Shown here in pieces: positions 1 through 9,730 of a DNA stretch of 64,000 nucleotides; positions within the stretch are counted from its first letter, which is position 1, and the number at the start of each line of letters is the position of its first letter. The notes under the pieces are model-generated. The model saw only the letters and a list, made by a program, of their open reading frames with translations, had not been told where the DNA came from and ran no database searches. Origin of the DNA: a virus. The DNA is taken from the IMG/VR virus record IMGVR_UViG_3300025151_000023, positions 21,743-85,742 of that record; one strand, given 5' to 3'. The translations under genes and the position numbers were made by a program.

Positions 1-1019
1 AAACGCCCAATGTATTTTATTCTAGACGGTTTTGTAACCAAATGTGTTTGCTCTTCTCTGTAATTTTTGTATTCTACCCAATCAACCATTTGCATAATTT
101 CAATTTGTAACTGTGCTAACAATCCTTTTTCTTGCAGTTCAACAGCAGATACTTTGTTAATAACATCACCTAACGAAACGTGTAATGATTTGAATTCATA
201 ATCTTTTTTAGGCACAGTGCCAGTTAGTCCCCAGCGTATTGGCACAAACCCATATACATTTGTCAGCAGTCGTTTCAATACATCTGCCTTTGCCATGTGT
301 ACTTCATCTACAATTACACATATAACGTCACGTTTGAATTCTTCTATTAGATCATCCTCGCCATTTTGTCTTTTCTTCTCCAGTATGTTTAAAGATTGCC
401 ATGTTGCAATAGTATGTGTATGCCCTACTTCTTTTTTATCACCAAAGTATACACCAACATCTAAACCCATGTTTACATAATCTTCTAAAGTTTGTGTGAC
501 CAATGACTTGTTTGGTACAATAATAATACTTCTTCCATATGGTTCAATGAGTTTGCTCAACGCCGCAGTAATAATTGTTTTACCTGCCGCAGTGGCTACT
601 TCCTGTAAGCACTGTGGATTATCTAAAAAATTATTAATTACTTCAACTTGATGTTCACGTAATTGTATTGGTTCGCCTGCATTATTATGACCTTCTGGCC
701 ACTTTACATGTGCAAAGCTATCTGTTGTTACTTTGTCAAAATGTAATTCATAATGTTTTCTTTGATCAGCTAGATCAAATGTGTAGTTGTATTGTTCAAG
801 TAATGGTATTATTTCATCTAGTAAATTCACATAAGTCAATCCACCTTGTGAAAAGAAAGATACAGTGCCATCCCATCTGCCTAGTCTAACTGCTGGCATA
901 AAGCGTGCGCCTGGAATTTCATATTTGAATTTGTTTGTAAGTTTTCTTCTTGTGACTAGATCAAGTCCTTCTAGTTTTACGTTAACTTCGTCTTTGATTA
1001 TTATATTACAGTGTGGCAC
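1..1019 (-). CDS. uvsW: UvsW-like SF2 DNA helicase (3' part runs off the window start)
   Basis: Manual translation from GTG at 1019: MPHCNIIIKDEVNVKLEG...PAVRLGRWDG...QLREHQ...EVATAAGKT (Walker A)...VIVDEVH (DExH)...GLTGT. Missing from the ORF track because its stop lies outside the window. Confidence 0.9.
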   Translation of the reverse strand, partial: MPHCNIIIKDEVNVKLEGLDLVTRRKLTNKFKYEIPGARFMPAVRLGRWDGTVSFFSQGGLTYVNLLDEIIPLLEQYNYTFDLADQRKHYELHFDKVTTDSFAHVKWPEGHNNAGEPIQLREHQVEVINNFLDNPQCLQEVATAAGKTIITAALSKLIEPYGRSIIIVPNKSLVTQTLEDYVNMGLDVGVYFGDKKEVGHTHTIATWQSLNILEKKRQNGEDDLIEEFKRDVICVIVDEVHMAKADVLKRLLTNVYGFVPIRWGLTGTVPKKDYEFKSLHVSLGDVINKVSAVELQEKGLLAQLQIEIMQMVDWVEYKNYREEQTHLVTKPSRIKYIGR

Positions 1020-1080
1020 AGTAGTAATATAGCATCATTTATTTTTAGTTGCGACAAGTTTTTCTTTTACAGATTGCCAA

Positions 1081-1110
1081 AACTGCTGAGCCCATTTTGT
1101 CTCAGCAGTT
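1081..1110 (-). terminator. Probable intrinsic terminator downstream of the 118-aa early gene
   Basis: Perfect 10-bp inverted repeat AACTGCTGAG-N10-CTCAGCAGTT running into a short T tract on the minus strand. Confidence 0.6.
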
Positions 1111-1158
1111 AAGATTATTTTTTCTACGTTTGATAAACGCAATTTATATAAAAAATTA

Positions 1159-1515
1159 TTATACAGCGATTGCTTCTTCGTTTTCATTCATAGATTCTTC
1201 TTCATCAGCTTGGCTGGAATCTACAGCATTTAGTGGTTCAGGTTGTGCAGATTGAATCTCACTTGTAATTGCCATGGTTGTTTTTGTAGCAATCCCAGTG
1301 AATCTTGTAACAGTACCATCAGCTAAAATTTTAAATGAGCCTGCTGTTCTACCTTCACCAGTTTCGCTTAGTTTATGCACTACACCGTTAATAGTGCCAT
1401 CCATTGTAGACCTACCTACAATGTACATGTAAGTTCCAGACTTACCTTTGTAAGTTGTACCTTCGTGACATAAAGTTTCTTGTATTTTGTTTAAGACTAA
1501 TTGTGCGTTTGTCAT
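1159..1515 (-). CDS. Hypothetical protein, probably early-expressed, with acidic C-terminal tail
   Basis: 118-aa ORF with AAAGG SD, flanked by a consensus sigma70 promoter and a hairpin terminator. Confidence 0.75.
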   Translation of the reverse strand: MTNAQLVLNKIQETLCHEGTTYKGKSGTYMYIVGRSTMDGTINGVVHKLSETGEGRTAGSFKILADGTVTRFTGIATKTTMAITSEIQSAQPEPLNAVDSSQADEEESMNENEEAIAV

Positions 1516-1548
1516 ATATTATACCTTTGTTTATAGTTTATACATTAC

Positions 1549-1577
1549 ATTATATGGTATAACCGTAATTACGTCAA
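1549..1577 (-). promoter_or_regulatory. sigma70-type promoter
   Basis: TTGACG-N17-TATAAT on the minus strand upstream of ORF 1159-1515. Confidence 0.75.
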
Positions 1578-1619
1578 CCACCAAAAAACCGCAATTTATA
1601 AGGATTTTTTGATATAGTA

Positions 1620-2015
1620 TTAGTTTTTTTTAGCTTTTTCTTCTGAAATACTTTGTTGTATTGTGTCTAAAAACCATGGATTATCTCTCAACACAGTCAT
1701 CATCCAATTGGTCATTGAGTTTACTGCTTGTTCTTCGTTATCATCATCATGTAAAGGACCGCCTTGTGCATTCAATGATGAATGATAAACTATAGCATGG
1801 ATCACTTCATGTAATAAAGTATTAGCTAGATCTAATCCTTTGGCTTCTTCTTGTATTTCAATTTTGTTTTCTCTAGCAACATACTGTCCCCAATAGTCTG
1901 AATTATTTTTAATAAACGATGTTTTTACACGTTCTATTTTTACATCCTTCCAACCTATTTTTATAGAGTTTGGAAGTTGTTCATTAAGTGTTTTTTTAAC
2001 CATTTTCTTTTTCAT
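1620..2015 (-). CDS. Small HEXXH zincin-like (metallopeptidase-like) protein
   Basis: Motif TLLHEVIHAI with a downstream EEQ and an upstream YWGQY. Confidence 0.6.
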   Translation of the reverse strand: MKKKMVKKTLNEQLPNSIKIGWKDVKIERVKTSFIKNNSDYWGQYVARENKIEIQEEAKGLDLANTLLHEVIHAIVYHSSLNAQGGPLHDDDNEEQAVNSMTNWMMTVLRDNPWFLDTIQQSISEEKAKKN

Positions 2016-2679
2016 CTATGATAGTATTCAATTCATTATATGTTATGGACTTGCAGTTGTCAAGTTCGAAAAATGCTTTTGGTAAATTACCGTCTACAAA
2101 TCTAAAACTAATTGATTGATTTTTTTGCATAAAAGTATAGATCTGTTTAGCCCATACTGTTTGGTGCACTATGGTATCGCTTGTTGCGTACCCATTGGTA
2201 TCTTTGTAGATGTTGAAATTAGGACCATCCTCTGCACAATCAAAACCAAAACAGATTAAATCAGTGTGTCCATCTTGAACTGCAATACTCATGCAAGTTG
2301 TGCCTGTGCCTAACATTTGGTTGTTTGGTATCAAATGGCTTGTGCCTCCGTATCGACTCATACACAAATGGTTAGTGTAGACAATATTTTTTTGATCATA
2401 TTCTGCTTCGACAACTTCCTGATACATTTTCCTGTCGACAATCACTAAAAAGTCAGGAGTGTAATCTCTATACAACGCATTGCACCCGTATGTATCTTGT
2501 GGTAGTTTGTATAGATCAAAACCTATGCGTGATGGCCCGTTGCCTATTATAAATGCAGATTTACCTGCAGGATCATTAAACACAGTTCTTGGCATCCATT
2601 GGCGCTCATAATGTTTTTTGCCTTGTTTGATCAAAATGTTTGTAATTATTTCTTCGCCTTTGTACTCACTTAATGCCAT
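1996..2679 (-). CDS. Maf/DUF115-like (sialyltransferase-fold) putative glycosyltransferase
   Basis: AFIIGNGPSR, YGCNALYRDYTPDFLV and ICFGFD motifs; paralog at 54002-54886. Confidence 0.5.
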   Translation of the reverse strand: MALSEYKGEEIITNILIKQGKKHYERQWMPRTVFNDPAGKSAFIIGNGPSRIGFDLYKLPQDTYGCNALYRDYTPDFLVIVDRKMYQEVVEAEYDQKNIVYTNHLCMSRYGGTSHLIPNNQMLGTGTTCMSIAVQDGHTDLICFGFDCAEDGPNFNIYKDTNGYATSDTIVHQTVWAKQIYTFMQKNQSISFRFVDGNLPKAFFELDNCKSITYNELNTIIDEKENG

Positions 2680-2697
2680 ACTATTACTTTACTACTT

Positions 2698-3402
2698 TTA
2701 CTGCCAGTTGTCTATAATCAATGGATCTTTTTCAACTTCGGCTGGATTTGGTTTTCCGTGCATTACAATTACTGCACATTCGTCTGGTAAGCCATGCTTC
2801 ACTTTGTTAAATTTTTTTTCTACAAATTTATCATGTGGAGAACGCTTTTTCTCTCCTGGCTCTAGACCTATTTCCCATTTGTAAGACATTACCCAGTCAC
2901 GTGGCCATATAGGAGATTGGCGATAAATTGAAGTCATGTAGTCTTGATCGCCTCGAAACTGGCTTATTATTTTTTTTGGGTCGTTCACAAATTTTTTCCA
3001 CACATGAACTTCTTGTCCTGCATTAAATTTCATTACAGACGAATTACGCACATGGTAATTTGGAATTCGGCATCTGTTAAAGTCTTGTATTATAACAAAT
3101 GCATCGCCTTCGAAATCCCACAAATGGTCAATGTTTCTAATTACAACAATGTCTAAGTCCATAAACAACACTCTGCCTTTTAGACCTATATCATCTCTAA
3201 ACATATGAATTTTATTCCACCATGTTGGAAAAAGAGGTTCTACAACAATTTGATTGATTTCTGGACGCCAATCTTTTTTAGAATCTGTAATTACATTAAA
3301 CGTGATGTCATTTGAGTGCCTAGTAACCATGTTGTACAGTTTGTCAACATACATTGTACCGTACTTGTTACCTGTGCAAACACAAACGAAAGACTTAATC
3401 AT
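2698..3402 (-). CDS. GT8-like glycosyltransferase
   Basis: WWNKIHMF, FMDLDIV (DxD), NSSVM, GDQDY and HGKPNP motifs. Confidence 0.75.
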   Translation of the reverse strand: MIKSFVCVCTGNKYGTMYVDKLYNMVTRHSNDITFNVITDSKKDWRPEINQIVVEPLFPTWWNKIHMFRDDIGLKGRVLFMDLDIVVIRNIDHLWDFEGDAFVIIQDFNRCRIPNYHVRNSSVMKFNAGQEVHVWKKFVNDPKKIISQFRGDQDYMTSIYRQSPIWPRDWVMSYKWEIGLEPGEKKRSPHDKFVEKKFNKVKHGLPDECAVIVMHGKPNPAEVEKDPLIIDNWQ

Positions 3403-3926
3403 TTAATTTCCATGTATCCAATACTAATTCTGTTTGTGTAACTACCAACACTATGCCAAAATGGATTTTGCTTTGATGTTGAAAATTTTCTGATTGTTAC
3501 TCCTTTTCTTTCTGGCTCAGTAATTATATTTTTATTTTCAGCATCGTAATATCTAAAAAAACTTTTTCCGTCTTCGGGAGACCAAACAAAATATGTTCTT
3601 TCACCTTCTAAGTCAGCGTTTGTGTGCCAGCCGCAATAACTTCCTGGCGGATACCAAAAAAATCCAGTACATCTATAATTTGGGCCAAGCTCTTCGTCAA
3701 ATTTAGTTAATGCTTTATTATTAGATTTGTTTAAAAATATTCTGTTGTCGTTGTTAGGCAGTTCTACTGCTACATTCACGTTACTTTTCATTGCTAAGGC
3801 TAAACTAGACTGTGACAGTTTTTCCTCTATCGAAGTGTCTGTAAAATTAAAAGTGCTTTTGGTCATTGCTGGTTTTACTTCTTCTAGAATTGCTTGTATG
3901 TGTTTGTGTATTAAATCTTCATTCAT
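3399..3926 (-). CDS. Hypothetical protein, cupin/2OG-Fe(II) oxygenase-like
   Basis: YPPGSYCGWHTN...FWHSV...RISIGY resembles a double-stranded beta-helix metal site. Confidence 0.45.
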   Translation of the reverse strand: MNEDLIHKHIQAILEEVKPAMTKSTFNFTDTSIEEKLSQSSLALAMKSNVNVAVELPNNDNRIFLNKSNNKALTKFDEELGPNYRCTGFFWYPPGSYCGWHTNADLEGERTYFVWSPEDGKSFFRYYDAENKNIITEPERKGVTIRKFSTSKQNPFWHSVGSYTNRISIGYMEIK

Positions 3927-4768
3927 ATTGCCTCTTTTAATCTACGCCATGGAAGGCCTTGTTCTATTTCGTCAACGAACCATTCACAATAACTTATCTT
4001 TTTAAGCCATTCAGTTCTATCAGGTGTGACTGGATTTTCTATGTCACCTCCTATCGTATTGCCAACATATCTACATAACGAACTGTTGTCAACAAATACA
4101 GGCACACCTTCTAGCACCGATTCTATTGCTGGATTTGAATTATAATTTACAACTGCATGTGCATCTTGCAAAAGTTTTTTAAAGTCAACTTCGTCAACAT
4201 TACCTGTAGGTTTTGGCGTTGATATATGCACGTCTTTATATTTTTTAGTTAATGGTTGTGCATTAATTTTATGCCTGGGGTGTATTCTTATAAAAACTTT
4301 TCTATTGCTTTGAGATCGTATCCATTGTAGTTGTTTATCTACCCATTCAATCATGTTGCCACCATGCCATGCCGCTGAGTTTGTATTTTGTGTGCAAATT
4401 ATAATGTGGGTGCCAGACCTCCATGGTTTAGGATTTAAATTAAATTTTTTTATTCTGGCATCATCAACATCATCATTTGCAAAGTTGGCTTCTGCATTGA
4501 TACCACCCAATCCAATACGCCAAGATTGATTTCTCAATAGTCCACCTACTTCTATAATTAATAGTTTTGTTTTAGGTTTGTAATATTGATATATTGGTTT
4601 CCGTCCATACATGTTCAACAGCACAGACCACATAACAACAACATCAGCATTTGGTCTGTCTGTGTTAAGACAGATATCATAATCTTCACCTTGGAGAGAT
4701 TTGATAAATGCTTTCATTACAGGTTTGCCTGCTATAGCACATGTGTCTGGAAATAATGCAATCTTCAT
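3923..4768 (-). CDS. Capsule-polysaccharide (KpsS/KpsC-like) glycosyltransferase-like protein
   Basis: IRIHPR and VVNYNSNPAIESVLEGVPVF motifs; one of four paralogs. Confidence 0.6.
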   Translation of the reverse strand: MKIALFPDTCAIAGKPVMKAFIKSLQGEDYDICLNTDRPNADVVVMWSVLLNMYGRKPIYQYYKPKTKLLIIEVGGLLRNQSWRIGLGGINAEANFANDDVDDARIKKFNLNPKPWRSGTHIIICTQNTNSAAWHGGNMIEWVDKQLQWIRSQSNRKVFIRIHPRHKINAQPLTKKYKDVHISTPKPTGNVDEVDFKKLLQDAHAVVNYNSNPAIESVLEGVPVFVDNSSLCRYVGNTIGGDIENPVTPDRTEWLKKISYCEWFVDEIEQGLPWRRLKEAI

Positions 4769-5394
4769 TTAATAAAATTATACAGTCTTTCTGCAATGAT
4801 TTCATGACCTTTTTTATTAGGATGGTATTTGTTTGGATAAATGTATTGATTGTTTTGAAATTTTTGTAGTTCGGCTGTTTGATCATTTACATTACCACCT
4901 AACATTTCTATTGCATTAGAGTCAACAAATTTTGTATGATCAATACCAGAGTAACTAAATTTTATTTTAGTCCATCCTTCTAAATAGACATCTGTCAGAT
5001 TATGTTTCTGACACATTCTCTGCAGAGCAAGTATAGTCATGTTTGCTTTGTGGTGATCCATCTCGTCTGATTGTAATTCTGCAAAATATAATTTTTTTAG
5101 ATAGTCATTTTTAGAGCCTGTTGGACGTATCACTTTGAATTCATTATTTTTATAGTACAATTGACGTGTTGGATTGGTTATAAAAAATACACAAACACAG
5201 TCATTATATTTTTTAGTTTTAATAAACTTGTCTAATTGTATTACTAAAGAGTCTATTGCTGTGCCTTCATGACTCATATTGTAATAATCCTCTGTACCTA
5301 ACATAGCGTGTAAAATATCGCCAAAAGGCTTTTCGCCTTTGTTGAGTTCAGCACCGTACGGCCAACTGTCACCAAATACTGCTAACGTTTTCAT
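4765..5394 (-). CDS. SGNH/GDSL hydrolase-like protein
   Basis: N-terminal VFGDSW and C-terminal HPNKKGHEIIA. Confidence 0.7.
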   Translation of the reverse strand: MKTLAVFGDSWPYGAELNKGEKPFGDILHAMLGTEDYYNMSHEGTAIDSLVIQLDKFIKTKKYNDCVCVFFITNPTRQLYYKNNEFKVIRPTGSKNDYLKKLYFAELQSDEMDHHKANMTILALQRMCQKHNLTDVYLEGWTKIKFSYSGIDHTKFVDSNAIEMLGGNVNDQTAELQKFQNNQYIYPNKYHPNKKGHEIIAERLYNFIK

Positions 5395-5744
5395 TTTGTA
5401 CTCTTCACGTGGACCACAGACTTGCCACTGATATTAAAATACTTAAAACGTAAATTTGGTTTGACTAATAATTGTTTTTTATTTTCTCTAGACAGTTCTA
5501 TGGTGTTGTTTAAAACTGTAAATTCACACACTCCGAACATACACGTTACAAGTCTCCAGCTTGCATCTGAATTTTCTCTTCTAACTTTGTGTGGCTTGTT
5601 GTAATCATAATATTCATTAATGAACGTAAGTGGTTGGACTTTTTTATCAAACTCTTCTTTATTATATGTGAAGGTAACGTCATTTTTGACATGCTCAATG
5701 ACGTATAAATTATTTTTTAATACTTCAACAACGTTAGTGATCAT
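5391..5744 (-). CDS. Hypothetical protein
   Basis: 117-aa ORF overlapping both neighbours in an operon-like run. Confidence 0.6.
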   Translation of the reverse strand: MITNVVEVLKNNLYVIEHVKNDVTFTYNKEEFDKKVQPLTFINEYYDYNKPHKVRRENSDASWRLVTCMFGVCEFTVLNNTIELSRENKKQLLVKPNLRFKYFNISGKSVVHVKSTK

Positions 5745-6378
5745 CTCTTACGTATATACAATCTCTTGTAATTTTAAACTTTCTTGTGTATCCAACGTTT
5801 TTCAACCATTGGTCAGTCGCTTGTTTTCCTTGTGCGCCTTGATTAAAAACACAGCGTTCTATAACAATTATAGGTGAACAATTATCGATTGTATTTTTAG
5901 CACCATTCATCACATTTAGTTCTGCACCTTCTACATCAATTTTAAGAACGTCTATGTCTTTGTAGTTGAATTCGTCTAGTGTTTTTAGTGTTACAGATCC
6001 ATTATTGTTAGGCACTACTCGAGTCGACCCTAAGTGTTCTGGAACGACAACTTCTAATTTGCCTTTAGTATTGCTGTCGTACAAGCCGAATTCGTGCAGT
6101 TCAATATTGTCTAGGTCAGCACAATTTTTTTTGAAACACTCTATGTTGTAACTAGCAGGTTCAAAAGCAGTGATAGTTTTAAAATATTGTGCAAAAACTT
6201 TTGACCAACGACCAACATTGCCGCCAACATCAACCATTCTTCTATATTTTGAATTGCGGTCTGCCAACAATTTAATAGTGTAATCTACTAAAGCAGTGTC
6301 ATGATTAACAACAGATGGTGCATTATGATGCAATGGTTTATCCCCATCTGGTATGTAAAATCCATCTACTAATTGCAT
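5734..6378 (-). CDS. FkbM-family SAM-dependent methyltransferase
   Basis: VDVGGNVG, AFEP and LKIDVEGAE motifs. Confidence 0.85.
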   Translation of the reverse strand: MQLVDGFYIPDGDKPLHHNAPSVVNHDTALVDYTIKLLADRNSKYRRMVDVGGNVGRWSKVFAQYFKTITAFEPASYNIECFKKNCADLDNIELHEFGLYDSNTKGKLEVVVPEHLGSTRVVPNNNGSVTLKTLDEFNYKDIDVLKIDVEGAELNVMNGAKNTIDNCSPIIVIERCVFNQGAQGKQATDQWLKNVGYTRKFKITRDCIYVRDDH

Positions 6379-6382
6379 AATT

Positions 6383-7015
6383 TTATATATAAAACTCTTT
6401 TTCTACAGTAAGGGAATCTCTATTAGTAACCATTACTGCTCTTGGTGTAACTACCTCTATTTTTACATACTTGTCTTTCACAAACATATCAGAAGCTGTA
6501 ATGCCGTCTTCATATGCTCCTTGTATCAAACGTTTTGCGGCGTGGGGCTTTATAACATATCCGTAAGTTCCTTTCAACTGGCGTTCTCCTTTGCGGAACC
6601 AATTGAAGTCTTGCACAATTGGTGCTGTACCTAGATCTGGATCTGGTTCAATCCATCGATGATTATCTAAGTGCAATACATCTGTGAACGGTTGTAAAAA
6701 TGTATTTGATACAACTTTAGAATCATGTTCTAAAACTAATATGTTTTCGTTCAGTTCAACACATTTTTTCCAAACATTAAGATGTGAAATCATACAACCT
6801 CTCACGCCACCTTTTTTATTTTTAATTCTAAACAATTTAGGGCCTGGGTCATACATTTTTAATTTTTCTTTAGCAATGTATTCATCTGCTCTTTTAGGTG
6901 TATATCCTACAAATAGTTCTACATCTAGTCCAAAATCTTTTGCACTACTTACAGCTAATTTGCTTGCTGTTACAGTGCTTTCTATTTCGGGTAGATATAT
7001 TACAAACGATTTCAT
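6383..7015 (-). CDS. GT25-family glycosyltransferase
   Basis: FVIYL, GCMISHLNVW, LVLEHD and GYVIKP motifs. Confidence 0.8.
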   Translation of the reverse strand: MKSFVIYLPEIESTVTASKLAVSSAKDFGLDVELFVGYTPKRADEYIAKEKLKMYDPGPKLFRIKNKKGGVRGCMISHLNVWKKCVELNENILVLEHDSKVVSNTFLQPFTDVLHLDNHRWIEPDPDLGTAPIVQDFNWFRKGERQLKGTYGYVIKPHAAKRLIQGAYEDGITASDMFVKDKYVKIEVVTPRAVMVTNRDSLTVEKEFYI

Positions 7016-7998
7016 TACTTTAACATTTGCTCAACGTGTGGACGAAAACGTTTCCAAACCATTCCTGATTTTACTTCGTCTATAGTCCAATTGGCATATG
7101 CTAAATCGTTCAACCATTGTGTACGATCCGGAGTTGTTGGGCTTTCGATTTTGCTGAAATCTGCATTTCCTACATCCCAAGCTAGGCATAGATCTGATGT
7201 CAAAAACACAGGAATGCCATATGTTGCGGCATCAACGGCCGCTGTTGAATTATGAGTGACTACTGCCCAACAGTTTTGTAATTCTTCCAGAAACGTGAAT
7301 CTGTAATCAGCTGTAGGCCCGCCACCTTTAGTAACACTTGTTACTTCAATTTGTGGATGTTTCTTTGCCATGTCGTTAGCACATTTTATTGCGTGATTTG
7401 GATGTGGTCGCAATTTAATTTTTCGATCTGTGTGTGGTTTAAGTTTTTCAATTACTTCGTCAACCCATACATATGGGTCAGTTTTAGTTCTTGACATGGA
7501 CCAGTTGTCTATTGGTTGTGTGCATAATAAAATATGCTCACCTTTTTCTCTCCATGGCCTAGATTTTGTTTCTAAAAATTTTTCTATTTGTGCCCATCTG
7601 TCTCCTGGAGAATTTTGATTTAAAAAATTACCGTCATTCATTGGTGACCACAATCCACATCTAAAATAATGTTTTGCCCAATCAGTGGCACGATTACCCA
7701 TGCTGGTCCATATGCCACCATCAAACGAAATACACACTCCGCCGTGTTTTTCGTGGTGCTGTCTAATTTTTCTTCTGTTGCCTTTTAAAAAATCGCCTGC
7801 TGAATCTGGACCATAACCAAAATGTACAGCAACTTTTTCATGTGGCTCGCCAGCGTATTTTTCTGGGTCTCCTTTTCCTTCGATCCATATGGCTTCGTCG
7901 CCTACTGCTTTAATACCTTCAGCCCATGCTTTGATCATCTCGAATGAGGCACCTTTGCCTCTGCGTTTAACTGTGTTGCGAAAAACTTCTACTTTCAT
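7015..7998 (-). CDS. Capsule-polysaccharide (KpsS-like) glycosyltransferase-like protein
   Basis: LRPHPN and VVTHNSTAAVDAATYGIPVF motifs. Confidence 0.6.
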   Translation of the reverse strand: MKVEVFRNTVKRRGKGASFEMIKAWAEGIKAVGDEAIWIEGKGDPEKYAGEPHEKVAVHFGYGPDSAGDFLKGNRRKIRQHHEKHGGVCISFDGGIWTSMGNRATDWAKHYFRCGLWSPMNDGNFLNQNSPGDRWAQIEKFLETKSRPWREKGEHILLCTQPIDNWSMSRTKTDPYVWVDEVIEKLKPHTDRKIKLRPHPNHAIKCANDMAKKHPQIEVTSVTKGGGPTADYRFTFLEELQNCWAVVTHNSTAAVDAATYGIPVFLTSDLCLAWDVGNADFSKIESPTTPDRTQWLNDLAYANWTIDEVKSGMVWKRFRPHVEQMLK

Positions 7999-8873
7999 TA
8001 TTGTCCTTGATAATATTTGATAATGTTTTCTATGTCTAATGGTCTGTCAGTTTTAATGTATTGCTCTTGTTTACTGTAGTCAACATAATAATCGCGTTTG
8101 TCTTTGTCTTCGTCTTCAACAATTTTAACATCAATATCAATATATTTTTGTATCTCTTCGACAATGCCACGTTTAGTTACATTCAGCTGTGTTGCTCCTA
8201 CATTGAAAATTTCTTTATTAAATTTGTCAAAATTATCTACCACATAGCCTAGTACATTTGCAATGTCATTAACATGATAAAATGTTCTTTCTGCATTTGG
8301 TTGATATAATTCTATTTTGCCATGTTTTACAGCATCATGACACAGTGTGTGTATTAACAAGTCATGTCGCATTTTGAAAGACAAACCGTAAGCAGTTGCA
8401 GGACGTAAAATTGTCCAGTTGTCAATTTGTTTTACTATTTGCTCACCTTCAAGTTTTGTTTTAGCATATAGTGTTGCAGGATTACATTCTAAAGTTTCGA
8501 CACATGGTTCACTTAGTGCACCATACACACTACCAGTTGATAAGAAAATAGTTGGCTTGTTCATTGCACAAATTGCCTTTACGCCTTCTATGTTAGTTCG
8601 ATGTGTTTCTTCAGGGTGTTTATCACAGTCAATATAACCAACCTTTGCCGCCAAATGTAATATCATGTCAACATCATTAAAAATGCTTAGATCATCGCAT
8701 ACATCATATTTTTTGAACACAACATTTTTATTGTATTCTAGTGCAATGCCTAATCGTTGCTCCAATGCTGTTTGTGACGAATCTATGCACATCAACGTGT
8801 GATTTGTGTTACGCATATTATAGATAAACTGTGTGCCAATATATCCAAGTGCGCCTGTAACTAATATTTTCAT
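7998..8873 (-). CDS. NAD-dependent NDP-sugar epimerase/dehydratase/reductase (extended SDR)
   Basis: ILVTGALGYIG, HLAA, STGSVYG and YAKTK motifs. Start moved to the ATG at 8873 (MKILVTG). Confidence 0.88.
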   Translation of the reverse strand: MKILVTGALGYIGTQFIYNMRNTNHTLMCIDSSQTALEQRLGIALEYNKNVVFKKYDVCDDLSIFNDVDMILHLAAKVGYIDCDKHPEETHRTNIEGVKAICAMNKPTIFLSTGSVYGALSEPCVETLECNPATLYAKTKLEGEQIVKQIDNWTILRPATAYGLSFKMRHDLLIHTLCHDAVKHGKIELYQPNAERTFYHVNDIANVLGYVVDNFDKFNKEIFNVGATQLNVTKRGIVEEIQKYIDIDVKIVEDEDKDKRDYYVDYSKQEQYIKTDRPLDIENIIKYYQGQ

Positions 8874-9730
8874 TTTAAATCCTTCCAATATGCGTGTGTT
8901 TGATTAGTTGTAAGATCTGATTTTTTGCTTTTCATTTGATCCTTGCGTTCAAATCCTTTGAGATGATCCATGTATTGTCCTAGTTCAGAATTTATAAAAG
9001 GATGTCGTGCCTTTCTTGCACCGCCAAATCTTCCATCATTCAGATCTTCATTTTTAATTTTTCCAGCTTGTTCCATTTCTATTCTCACAGCATCAAAGGT
9101 GAATGAATCAGTATAACCTGCCCTTGGGAAACTATTTAAAAATCCTTTTTGTATGTTAAAAAATAGATCATCATCATAATACTGTTGCCAACGTTTGAAA
9201 AATTCTTCTGCAAATTCGTGTGCAGTGTTAAAAGCATAATAACCAGTTTCGGAAAATCCTTTTTTGGGCCTGCCAAGATATGATGTGAACGCATGGTCTG
9301 GAATTATATGTTCCAACCAAGACATAGGCACTGGTTCAAATGTAATGATATCCGCATCTAGGTACCACATCATGTCTGGTTTTGTTTTTTGATATGCGTC
9401 AATACAAGCAAAAACTTTGTACGAAAATCTTATAGCATCATATTCAAATTCATAATCTTTCATACCTAGTGTTTGTAACTTTGGGTTATTAGTATGTCGA
9501 TCAATAAAGTTTTGTAAAGATGGTTGTTCTTTACATAAGTTGTAGTATTCAAATCTATCACCAGCTTGATTTATTTCTTTATCAGCGGGCAATGTTTGTG
9601 ACATGTTGTCAGGATACACTAAAATTTTTGCATGGCTTGGCCAATTTTTTGCCGTAGTTTCTAAAGACTTTGTAACTGGCAATGGAAAATATCTTGGACT
9701 ATATGTTGATACTATGGTTAATGATTTCAT
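8870..9730 (-). CDS. GT-A fold glycosyltransferase-like protein
   Basis: DAIRFSYKVFA, YLDAD, SETGY and YMDHLKG motifs; paralog of 10880-11614 and 11871-12683. Confidence 0.6.
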   Translation of the reverse strand: MKSLTIVSTYSPRYFPLPVTKSLETTAKNWPSHAKILVYPDNMSQTLPADKEINQAGDRFEYYNLCKEQPSLQNFIDRHTNNPKLQTLGMKDYEFEYDAIRFSYKVFACIDAYQKTKPDMMWYLDADIITFEPVPMSWLEHIIPDHAFTSYLGRPKKGFSETGYYAFNTAHEFAEEFFKRWQQYYDDDLFFNIQKGFLNSFPRAGYTDSFTFDAVRIEMEQAGKIKNEDLNDGRFGGARKARHPFINSELGQYMDHLKGFERKDQMKSKKSDLTTNQTHAYWKDLK

